A stretch of DNA of 59,074 bases, counting the filler, from Squatina squatina (taxonomy: Eukaryota): assembly GCA_031763465.1 (NCBI GenBank). It is 3 parts of 3 records of this genome, joined end to end, with 100 filler letters (N's around TTAATTAATTAA, not from the genome) between each part and the next. Parts side by side here need not be neighbours in the genome. Positions count along the whole stretch, not along the records: positions 1 to 21,773 come from JARFOE010000233.1; 2 more parts are not named here. The stretch is one strand, 5' to 3'. Each line of letters starts with the position of its first letter. Positions within the stretch are counted from its first letter, which is position 1. This document shows, in pieces, positions 1 to 9,449 of the stretch. A program made the translations under genes and the position numbers. The notes beneath the pieces are model-generated. The model was given only the letters and a program-made list of their open reading frames with translations. It made no database searches and was not told where the DNA came from.

Positions 1-530
1 GCCTTCCACGATGATCCTAGAGTATGAGATGGTTTTGGTAGAGGAAAGTGTGGCCCAGTAGAGCTTGATGTAGTCCAGCCAGACCTGGTGATGGATGGCT
101 AAGCTAGTTATGTGCTAGGTACACTCATGTTTGTACCCCTTGGACTTGAGAGGATGGAAATTGGTACCATACCTGGGCAAATGACAGGAATGGGCAATAG
201 TGAAGTTTTGCTGGGGACGAGGCTTTGAGAGTAGAGGTGAGTGAGTGGTTGAACAAATCTCAGCTGCAGAGGTATAATGACAAAGGAAACTAAAAGTTGC
301 GCAGTTGGAAATTTGAAAATGCAGTTGTAAGGAACTGAAGATGAGTTATTTCATAGGGTGGTGCTGAAAGAAGTGGGATTGAAGTCAGGTAGTGGTGTCT
401 ACATGGTGAGATATATGGGAGTGGTTGGAAATAGCCTTGATGGAATCGAGAGGCCACAGGAGATGATAATGTCATGGAGGTAGCCACAAGTATGGGTAGG
501 AGATTTTATATGGAGAGAGAAGCACCATTA
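1..530 (-). mobile_element. Degenerate L2-clade LINE fragment (APE endonuclease/linker region)
   Basis: The reverse strand from ~500 reads PTHTCGYLHDIIISCGL, then frameshifts into KAISNH. This resembles the PTH.xGH.LDL...ISDH motifs of L2 endonucleases. The frame is broken. Confidence 0.6.
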
Positions 531-1747
531 ATATCTTCAATATAATTTACATAACTGCATCAAGTTTAGAAACAAACAGAAAATGTTTTTTCTCCTGAAG
601 GTGATGCACTTTTAAAGTTTATTAGGTCCTTTGAGCAAAAGGCTTATCAAAAATTCATAGGAAGTTGCTGAGTTGATGATTTTATAATAACAGTCCCCCC
701 TCACGAACTATGACTACTGTATCTGCGTCAAATCAATTATTTTCTAGTTTTTTGGAAGTGTATAAAATAAAGTTATTACCGTATTAATATAAAAAGCATG
801 GTAAAGTGGGATAAAATCATACTTCAATGAAGCATGAAATGTCAATGCATGCGGGAGAATTCCAGATTTAAGCAACAAGCTACTTATACTTTATAAGTAT
901 TCGCATATATAATAATTCAATTATATTCTACTGTTCCAACCACAAAATGGGAAGTAACTTGCAGATGTGTAATATTAAGTATAAATATCAGAATAGTTTT
1001 TGACTAGAAAAATAATCAAGGGATTCAAGGAGACTTTTGTAAAACTACTGACTTAAGGAGAGTTGTTAAAACTGGATGTGCTGTACCATTTATCTGAATA
1101 AAAAAAATGAGCAATTAATAAAACTAGAGTCAGGAAAAAACAAGCATTAACCACAGTCTGGTGAGCAAAAATTGAGTACTTTAGGGTAAATTTTACACAG
1201 CAATGGCTCTTCCTGTGATCTGACAAGTCTTGACAGGTTTTATATCCACTCAGTTTTTGGACAAGATTATACCCATTATCAATTAATTTTAAATTTCTCT
1301 TTGGGTTAAATTCTAGTATTGTGTAGTTCTTATTGTAATTAAAATTACAAAGAAATGCATAACTTTTTTGAATTTTATTGATTCAAAACAAAATAACCAT
1401 ACAAAATGAAATTATTTCAATATTTTCTCAATGAAGTCATTAGGTGCACATCAGTTAGCTGCATTATTATATCTGGAGGATATTACAAATGCAAACTGCC
1501 TCTGCATCAAAGCTGTAATTAGATTTGTGTTAAAGGCACAACCGCAATTGCCACAAGACCCAATTTGCAGAGCCAAGAGAGTCCGGAACCCTCAGGCTAG
1601 CCTAGGCAACCAATCATAATGCATATGTGTTTATTCTATAACAGTGATTGGTTCAAAGATGCGGAGAAATGGGTAAACTGCAGCAGCGGCTGTGTTAGGG
1701 ATTGAGTGCAAGGAGAGTGAGATAGCACCATCAGCAAGGCAGGCACA

Positions 1748-1960
1748 GGTAGGTTTGCCAACACCCAAGGTTGTCCTGGAATCTTCATGAATTAAAGATT
1801 GTGCAACCTGGGAGAAAACTCATAGGGGTAATATAAAAAATTCTGTTTATCATTTTATTTAAACACTTTTGTTTATTAGTCGTAAAACTCTTTGAGATGG
1901 GAGAGGTTGTTTGACTGGATAGGGTGGTTGGAGGTCATGTGATCAAACCTCCAGGAATGT
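1748..1960. mobile_element. Probable non-autonomous DNA transposon fragment, truncated by N gap
   Basis: Starts GGTAGGTTTGCCAAC, like TAGGGTTGCCAAC-type termini, and the body resembles a common elasmobranch interspersed repeat (recalled). The other terminus is not visible. Confidence 0.35.
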
Positions 1961-2339
1961 NNNNNNNNNNNNNNNNNNNNNNNNNNNNNNNNNNNNNNNN
2001 NNNNNNNNNNNNNNNNNNNNNNNNNNNNNNNNNNNNNNNNNNNNNNNNNNNNNNNNNNNNTTAACTTGAAATTTCAACCACTGTAGGAAGAAAAGGACAG
2101 ACATGCAATGCAGTATTTTGAGTATGAATCAGGAAAAAAATATATTTGGGCCTGAAGCCATTTTATGTTGTCTTGAACACTTTGGTTCATAGGCTAAAGC
2201 CCCTGAGCAAATTTGCTGGTACAATGAATTCATGGGAGCGGGAAGCCAGGATCTCAAGGTTTGTTTCTGGCAGGTGTTGTGGAGCTCACTCAAACCTCGA
2301 AGACAGGCAAATGGGAGCCGATAATGTATTACATTACAG

Positions 2340-2592
2340 GGGAGATTAGAAACTAAATTCTTTAAACAGAGGGTGGTTAGAAAGTGGAATTGTCTGGCAC
2401 AAACTATTGTTGAAAGAGTATTCATAAATTAAGGGAAATAGTCGCTTGAGAAAGAAATTAATATTAAAGGTTGTGGGGAGTGAGCAAATGAAAATTGAGA
2501 TTATGCGAGGTGACTCAGCTGGAGTAAAATACTGGTGTGGATTTGATGGATGAGATGGCATGTTTTTGTACTATAACATTCTATGATTCTAT
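2340..2592 (+). mobile_element. Old CR1 LINE 3' end
   Basis: GAGGGTGGTTAGAAAGTGGAATTGTCTG (a RVVRxWNxL-like ORF2 C-terminus) is followed by a 3'UTR ending in the CR1 tail ATTCTATGATTCTAT (2578-2592). Confidence 0.7.
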
Positions 2593-5010
2593 AACTCTTC
2601 ATAATATTATTGCAATATACTTTAACATCATATTTCATATATATGTGTGTGTGTGTGCGTGCTGCAGCTACAGAAGTAAAACCACAAAAACGTTTGTGGC
2701 ACATAAATTATCCTGTGAAGACANNNNNNNNNNNNNNNNNNNNNNNNNNNNNNNNNNNNNNNNNNNNNNNNNNNNNNNNNNNNNNNNNNNNNNNNNNNNN
2801 NNNNNNNNNNNNNNNNNNNNNNNNNNNNNNNNNNNNNNNNNNNNNNNNNNNNNNNNNNNNNNNNNNNNNNNNNNNNNNNNNNNNNNNNNNNNNNNNNNNN
2901 NNNNNNNNNNNNNNNNNNNNNNNNNNNNNNNNNNNNNNNNNNNNNNNNNNNNNNNNNNNNNNNNNNNNNNNNNNNNNNNNNNNNNNNNNNNNNNNNNNNN
3001 NNNNNNNNNNNNNNNNNNNNNNNNNNNNNNNNNNNNNNNNNNNNNNNNNNNNNNNNNNNNNNNNNNNNNNNNNNNNNNNNNNNNNNNNNNNNNNNNNNNN
3101 NNNNNNNNNNNNNNNNNNNNNNNNNNNNNNNNNNNNNNNNNNNNNNNNNNNNNNNNNNNNNNNNNNNNNNNNNNNNNNNNNNNNNNNNNNNNNNNNNNNN
3201 NNNNNNNNNNNNNNNNNNNNNNNNNNNNNNNNNNNNNNNNNNNNNNNNNNNNNNNNNNNNNNNNNNNNNNNNNNNNNNNNNNNNNNNNNNNNNNNNNNNN
3301 NNNNNNNNNNNNNNNNNNNNNNNNNNNNNNNNNNNNNNNNNNNNNNNNNNNNNNNNNNNNNNNNNNNNNNNNNNNNNNNNNNNNNNNNNNNNNNNNNNNN
3401 NNNNNNNNNNNNNNNNNNNNNNNNNNNNNNNNNNNNNNTGCCACGGGCTCAAAATAAAACACGCTCAACATGTCCAAACAGAAACATTGTTATCAACCAC
3501 ACACACACACAACGAAAAGAAGCTATTACGACACAGCGGCTACGATTTCTGCAGAATGTGTTTATAGTACAGTGTGAGTGAAGCATGAAGGTTGCGCTTC
3601 AGCTAATCACGAGCAGGCGTTCGGCGATATTTTAGTGCAAGTCCACCCTCAACACACCCTGCCCCCAAACTTATCTATATATAAGGGGACATTGATTGTT
3701 GTGCACTCGGATTGAGCAGGCCCTTCTTGTGTGGTCTGTACGAGCAAACGTTTGCTCTGCAAATATTGTCTCAGATGTGTTATCTAACAAATCGGGTGGG
3801 GGAGGGAACACGAAGGGCAAGGGCAAATAGCGAAGAGGGAAGAAAAACACACACAAACCGTCGTCAGAGAAACACCATACAACATACGGTTCACTTGCCA
3901 CATACGCACGCACATACCTTACCACAGATTACATACTGCACACGACANNNNNNNNNNNNNNNNNNNNNNNNNNNNNNNNNNNNNNNNNNNNNNNNNNNNN
4001 NNNNNNNNNNNNNNNNNNNNNNNNNNNNNNNNNNNNNNNNNNNNNNNNNNNNNNNNNNNNNNNNNNNNNNNNNNNNNNNNNNNNNNNNNNNNNNNNNNNN
4101 NNNNNNNNNNNNNNNNNNNNNNNNNNNNNNNNNNNNNNNNNNNNNNNNNNNNNNNNNNNNNNNNNNNNNNNNNNNNNNNNNNNNNNNNNNNNNNNNNNNN
4201 NNNNNNNNNNNNNNNNNNNNNNNNNNNNNNNNNNNNNNNNNNNNNNNNNNNNNNNNNNNNNNNNNNNNNNNNNNNNNNNNNNNNNNNNNNNNNNNNNNNN
4301 NNNNNNNNNNNNNNNNNNNNNNNNNNNNNNNNNNNNNNNNNNNNNNNNNNNNNNNNNNNNNNNNNNNNNNNNNNNNNNNNNNNNNNNNNNNNNNNNNNNN
4401 NNNNNNNNNNNNNNNNNNNNNNNNNNNNNNNNNNNNNNNNNNNNNNNNNNNNNNNNNNNNNNNNNNNNNNNNNNNNNNNNNNNNNNNNNNNNNNNNNNNN
4501 NNNNNNNNNNNNNNNNNNNNNNNNNNNNNNNNNNNNNNNNNNNNNNNNNNNNNNNNNNNNNNNNNNNNNNNNNNNNNNNNNNNNNNNNNNNNNNNNNNNN
4601 NNNNNNNNNNNNNNNNNNNNNNNNCAGCAAACTTTTATTTTAAGGAGTGCTGCAAAGGTTTCTAATACCTTTTCTTAGCACTGTTGAATATCTAACTCAC
4701 CTGGCCTGAGGTAATGAAATAAGAGAAACAAGCCATGTACCTTAAACATGGTAATGCTTTTAACCTGTTTTGATTTCAATGTCACTCTTCTCTCCAAGGG
4801 CTGGCTAAAGGGACACAGATTAAGGATACCTTCCCCTGTACTTTGGTGTTTAGGTACACACAACTCTTGCCTTTTCCCAACTATTGAACAATGAACATAT
4901 ATTGAAAGCATACATTAAAAAAGCTTACATTTTAATTTAGGGACAACACAACGCCATAGAGGGGAATGAATCCATTACAAAGTAAATTGAATGTTTCCAA
5001 CTGCCATGCA

Positions 5011-5405
5011 TTCAAAATGTTCTGGATAAAGAAGTCGTTTCAAAATGTGTTCAGTTATGCACAAGGAATGGTGATCCCATTTCCGATTATACTGTTCAAC
5101 CTTTAAGAGTATAATCTTCAGTAATATTGTGAGATATTGTTTTGGTTGAGGTGTTAAAATAAAAGACTGCTAATCTAAATATTGTTTGCAATCTGAATTT
5201 TCTGGATGAATAGGAAAGTAATTCAAAATGTTCTGGATGAAGAACAGATTGCTCTAACTTTAAATAGGCGTGATATAAATGATCTGGATGGAGGATACAT
5301 TTTACTGTAAACCCAAGTCCCATGACCCAAGCGTTCTGGATGAAGGGTGAAGTAAATCTAAATATGTGCGCTCTGCAGCAGTGTTCTGGATGAAGGAGAA
5401 AGTCA
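5011..5405 (+). repeat. Degenerate ~51-bp minisatellite with TTCTGGATGAAG core
   Basis: Core variants occur at 5020, 5200, 5231, 5283, 5334 and 5384. The last four are spaced 50-52 bp apart. Confidence 0.7.
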
Positions 5406-5671
5406 TTGTAACCATTTGTTTTATGTACTGGGTGCTGCGAGCTATGGTGCAGCTGGGTGCTTAGTTCAGGCTGCGCTGGCTGGCGAGGGCTGTGTCGAGA
5501 GAAGGGTGAAAGTAGATGATTTTGTTGGCTATGCTAGCTAAACGCTCTACTGCTGGGAGTTGAATGCTCTGGTGCTGGCTCTGCTGGAAGCTCCTTTCAC
5601 ACACAGGGACTGACTTGACTCTTGCGCTGGAAGCTCAGCTCCTCTCTCTCGCACACACAGATGGGAAAACG

Positions 5672-5740
5672 CGCAGCCAATGGTTGAGCTCAGTTTCATA
5701 AAAGCTGCGCTCTGAGTGGCTGCGGGGCGAATGGCAGTGA
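5672..5740 (+). promoter_or_regulatory. Candidate core promoter: CCAAT box + TATA-like CATAAAA + GC box
   Basis: AGCCAATGG with CCAAT at 5677-5681, CATAAAAG at 5697-5704 and GCGGGGCG at 5722-5729. A consensus donor ATC|GTAAGT lies downstream at 6119/6120. Confidence 0.45.
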
Positions 5741-5785
5741 AACAAAGGAGCGGAGCCGGGTCTGGAGCAGAGAGACAGTGCGATC

Positions 5786-6004
5786 TGCACCCAGCAAAAC
5801 ACACACACACACGCACACAACACACTGTGAGGACAAGCCAATGCACCCAGCAAAACGCACCGATAGACACACACTAAGAATAAGCCAATGCACCCACCAA
5901 AACACACTGACGCTGTGAGAATAAGCCAATGCACCCTGCAAAACACACCGACACACAGACACAGTGAAAACAAGCCAATGGACCCAGCAAAACACACCGA
6001 CACA
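5786..6004 (+). repeat. Tandem repeat, ~5 units of 41-55 bp, core AAGCCAATGCACCCAGCAAAACACAC
   Basis: AAGCCAATG occurs at 5835, 5882, 5923 and 5972, each followed by CACCC(A/T)GCAAAAC-like sequence and a variable CA-rich linker. A partial first unit starts at 5786. Confidence 0.9.
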
Positions 6005-6116
6005 TAGGCAGAGGGGTAAAGGACAGGCAGTCACACTAGTACAAGATTTGATTTAAAACAAAACAAAAATGCATTTCATATCACACGAAGACCAGGGCAA
6101 AACCGAGCCAGTACAG

Positions 6117-6125
6117 ATCGTAAGT
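6117..6125 (+). other. Candidate splice donor of a non-coding first exon
   Basis: ATC|GTAAGT has a perfect intronic +1..+6 consensus and lies ~400 nt downstream of the candidate core promoter. Confidence 0.45.
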
Positions 6126-6853
6126 ATATTGTACAATGATCTGAGTGTAAAGTTTTATCAATCACACCAGGGATCGCATTTTTTGGCAAGAGAAGTGAGC
6201 GGTTTTTGAAGTTCTTTTTTATTTTTACCCCCTCCCCCACTCCCGAGGTTTGGATAAAATCGAGCTATCATTGAATATTTATAGTTTTGATTCACTTTGT
6301 TGATTTAAAAGTTGTATCCGGTGCAGTTTCCTTATNNNNNNNNNNNNNNNNNNNNNNNNNNNNNNNNNNNNNNNNNNNNNNNNNNNNNNNNNNNNNNNNN
6401 NNNNNNNNNNNNNNNNNNNNNNNNNNNNNNNNNNNNNNNNNNNNNNNNNNNNNNNNNNNNNNNNNNNNNNNNNNNNNNNNNNNNNNNNNNNNNNNNNNNN
6501 NNNNNNNNNNNNNNNNNNNNNNNNNNNNNNNNNNNNNNNNNNNNNNNNNNNNNNCAGATATGTCCTGGGGCTGATTTGAATAACCTCCACCCACTACAGA
6601 CATCTTCCTTTGTGCAACGGATGACTCCAGTCAGTGGAGATTTTTCCCCCCCCGATTCAAAATTGCAGTGTTCCCTTTTTTTCTAAGGCAAGATCAGTTT
6701 TCTGATACGCCTGTCACCGATTTTTGTTCTCACGTCAAGCTACAGGGAATCTTGGATTCACGTGATTGAAGCTCGCACTGTAACAAAATAGCTGCTTTTA
6801 GATGGTTGGTTGTTGCAACCTCCCCCTTCAAATCCATCAACAATTCATTACAG

Positions 6854-6928
6854 CTTTTAGCTCTAAACGCCAGCTAATTAAACTGTGTAGCTCCTAATCC
6901 GAGTACAAGATGACAGAAAATGGTAAGC
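6854..6928 (+). other. Candidate 5'UTR exon end (donor ATG|GTAAGC at 6922/6923)
   Basis: The donor is strong. Possible acceptors are CAG (6851-6853) or TAG (6858-6860); alternatively this is the end of an alternative first exon. Confidence 0.35.
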
Positions 6929-8300
6929 AGACAATCGTCAACGTTTCCAACAAACCGGTCCTAGTTGTACAAGATATCTTTTTTTTAATTTCCTCCTCTC
7001 CCCTTCACCCCCTCCCCCCCTGCCCCTGTCCCTGTTTTGTTGTATTTGAAACTGTCGATTATGAAATTACCACATGATTGACTGGCGTTGTTTCGCCGCT
7101 TAATTTGTGTGTTTGACACTGTTTTGAGAGACGATGGTGCCACGTCCGGACAAAATGTGTAATCCAGTCCAGGTTTCTGCTATTTTTTTTCCCTTCACTA
7201 ATTTATCTCAGGGTTAGCACATTCTGTCTTGTTTCAACCAGACGCCAGTAGTTTTTTTTTCTTTCTGTTTTTTTTTCTCGCTCTTTATGGCATAATTATT
7301 TACTGATCATGATGTTTCCAGAAGTGTGCGATTAAGGCGGAATGTTAAGTTTGACAACTTTATATGATTTTATTTTTAGACCCGTGTACAGTTTTTTAAA
7401 TTAAATATATATTCCCATGCATTTTTTTTTTGTTTGTTGGTCGGGACGCGTGTGTGGNNNNNNNNNNNNNNNNNNNNNNNNNNNNNNNNNNNNNNNNNNN
7501 NNNNNNNNNNNNNNNNNNNNNNNNNNNNNNNNNNNNNNNNNNNNNNNNNNNNNNNNNNNNNNNNNNNNNNNNNNNNNNNNNNNNNNNNNNNNNNNNNNNN
7601 NNNNNNNNNNNNNNNNNNNNNNNNNNNNNNNNNNNNNNNNNNNNNNNNNNNNNNNNNNNNNNNNNNNNNNNNNNNNNNNNNNNNNNNNNNNNNNNNNNNN
7701 NNNNNNNNNNNNNNNNNNNNNNNNNNNNNNNNNNNNNNNNNNNNNNNNNNNNNNNNNNNNNNNNNNNNNNNNNNNNNNNNNNNNNNNNNNNNNNNNNNNN
7801 NNNNNNNNNNNNNNNNNNNNNNNNNNNNNNNNNNNNNNNNNNNNNNNNNNNNNNNNNNNNNNNNNNNNNNNNNNNNNNNNNNNNNNNNNNNNNNNNNNNN
7901 NNNNNNNNNNNNNNNNNNNNNNNNNNNNNNNNNNNNNNNNNNNNNNNNNNNNNNNNNNNNNNNNNNNNNNNNNNNNNNNNNNNNNNNNNNNNNNNNNNNN
8001 NNNNNNNNNNNNNNNNNNNNNNNNNNNNNNNNNCAATTTTTAAACGCGTCTCTTGTGCACGATGATAACTTTTTCATATGTTAACGTTTCGCAAAGAAAA
8101 TTTCAAGTCCAATTTTTTTTTCCGTTGTCGTCTATCATCTGGGTCGGTGTGAAATTACAAAGGTCAACAATGAAAAGGGCGATTTTAAAGACCTATTTTT
8201 AAAACCATGTAATCGGATTTTTAAAAAAAAAATTGGATAGTTCAAGTCAGAGCTACATGCAAAAAGGAAAAAGAAAAATGTTGGTCTTACCCAACAACCG

Positions 8301-8502
8301 ATTTATTAGTTTTATCTTTTTACAGGAAGTAATTTATTCGTGTGTGTGGATGGTGTGACTCGAAAATAAGGGCAATATATAAATATAAAATATAAAATAA
8401 ACATATGAGAGGGGTGAAACACGTGGCGGAGAAGCGAATGTACTCCCAGATCCAAAGCAGTGAAGTTCATCCAATTTTTATCCAAGAGATCACATCTTCA
8501 GG
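8301..8502 (+). other. ZNF608: Splice acceptor and 5'UTR part of the ZNF608 start-codon exon
   Basis: Polypyrimidine tract TTTTATCTTTTTACAG|G (AG at 8324-8325), 177 nt before the ATG. An in-frame upstream stop TGA sits at 8356-8358. Confidence 0.75.
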
Positions 8503-8512
8503 ATGTCAGTGA
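8405..8512 (+). promoter_or_regulatory. Overlapping upstream ORF (35 aa) spanning the ZNF608 start codon
   Basis: ATG 8405 (second ATG 8438) is open to TGA 8510-8512, out of frame with ATG 8503. It reads [35 protein letters not shown]. Confidence 0.55.
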
Positions 8513-9000
8513 ACAGTTCCATTGCTACTAGTAAGGGTGTTGATTCAAACGCGGTTGATACTTACGACAGTGGCGATGACTGGGAAATTGGAGTGGGGAA
8601 TCTGATCATCGATTTGGACGCCGATTTGGAGAAAGACAGGCAGAAATTGGAAATGAATAATTCGAGCAACAGCACCAGTAATAACACCATTGCAACCAGC
8701 ACCACCAAGGACTGCGGGGGTTTGGCTCCAAGTGGTGCTAATGTAGCAGCAGCAGCAGCAGCCCTTTCTGATAGCCTCAAATTCACCTCCTCTTCCGTCC
8801 AGCCTCCCCAAGGTAATTCCCACAAGGAGACTGGCAAATCCAAAGTGAAAAGAAGCAAAACTTCCAAGGATGCTAATAAATCTCTCTCCTCTGCCTCACT
8901 GTATGGGATTCCTGAAATTAGCAGTGCTGGCAAGAGGCAGGAAGTTCAAGGGCGCCCTGGAGAGGTTTCTGGCATGAATTCAGCCCTGGGTCAAACAGTG

Positions 9001-9031
<31 letters not shown>

Positions 9032-9449
9032 GTTGCAATAATAACAATAATATTAATAACAACAACAACACGACTGGCAATTGCACTAAAAGCAGAGAGG
9101 AGAGAGCGGGCAAGAGCTCGGGCCGGGGAGGCTCGAAGCGGGACAAGGAGGCCGCCAGATCCCGCAAGGACGGCAGTAGTAAGCACGATGTGGGGGTACA
9201 GCCGGGCCAGCCCCCCGTGGCCGTGGCCCCCATGCCGGCGCCGGCCGGCTGCCCGCTCACAGCCGCCGCTCATCTCTTTACTTTCGGCCCCAGGGGCGGC
9301 GGTAGCTCCTTCCAGTGTGGCGGGGAGCCGGTGGCCCGCGGCCACGACAGCAAAACCACTCCGGAGGCAGGGCTGTCAGGCAACCTAGTGAGGAAAGAGG
9401 ACGAGGAGCACGGCGAGGAGAGTGCCCGGCCCAGCAAAAAACTGAAAAC
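8503..9449 (+). CDS. ZNF608: Zinc finger protein 608, first coding exon (N-terminal ~315 aa; 3' end runs into N gap)
   Basis: The translation MSVN...[43 protein letters not shown]...[27 protein letters not shown]...[22 protein letters not shown]...MNSALGQ...KKLKT matches the vertebrate ZNF608 N-terminus. The [24 protein letters not shown] block is shared with ZNF609/Brakeless, while the flanks are ZNF608-type. By homology the exon should end after ...KTEK, about 7 nt into the gap. Confidence 0.95.
8746..8763 (+). repeat. (GCA)5+GCC coding repeat, poly-Ala
   Basis: GCAGCAGCAGCAGCAGCC in frame, encoding AAAAAA. Confidence 0.9.
9001..9069 (+). repeat. Coding trinucleotide repeats: (AGC)7 poly-Ser and (AAT/AAC) poly-Asn
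   Basis: Encodes [23 protein letters not shown]. Confidence 0.9.

Larger units (their letters stand above)
3438..9449. promoter_or_regulatory. CpG-enriched, transposon-free promoter/5' region of ZNF608 (CpG-island-like, interrupted by gaps)
   Basis: CpG density is visibly higher than in the flanks (3438-3946, 5430-5800, 7080-7457, 9100-9449). No LINE or SINE is recognisable. Several large N gaps fall here, as expected for GC-rich or low-complexity sequence. Confidence 0.6.

Noticed and set aside
3671-3690. TATATATAAGGGG as the ZNF608 TATA box
   Set aside because: It sits on a small contig between gaps with no visible downstream exon or donor. It cannot be supported without TSS data.
5786-6004. 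CRISPR-like repeat/spacer appearance
   Set aside because: The 'spacers' are related CA-rich sequences of unequal length, the repeats are degenerate, no cas genes are present and the context is vertebrate. It is a minisatellite.
5547-6034. Minus-strand Cys/Val-rich ORFs with repeated CWVHWL
   Set aside because: These are translations of the TG-rich strand of the tandem repeat, open in all three frames, with no protein-family signal.
2537-8084. Long ORFs of 200-320 aa in the track (also 22297-23248 and many others)
   Set aside because: They consist mostly of X from N gaps; they are long only because gaps contain no stop codons.
8503-9449. Assignment to the paralogue ZNF609
   Set aside because: The MSVN start, [24 protein letters not shown] and [11 protein letters not shown] segments fit ZNF608 rather than ZNF609.
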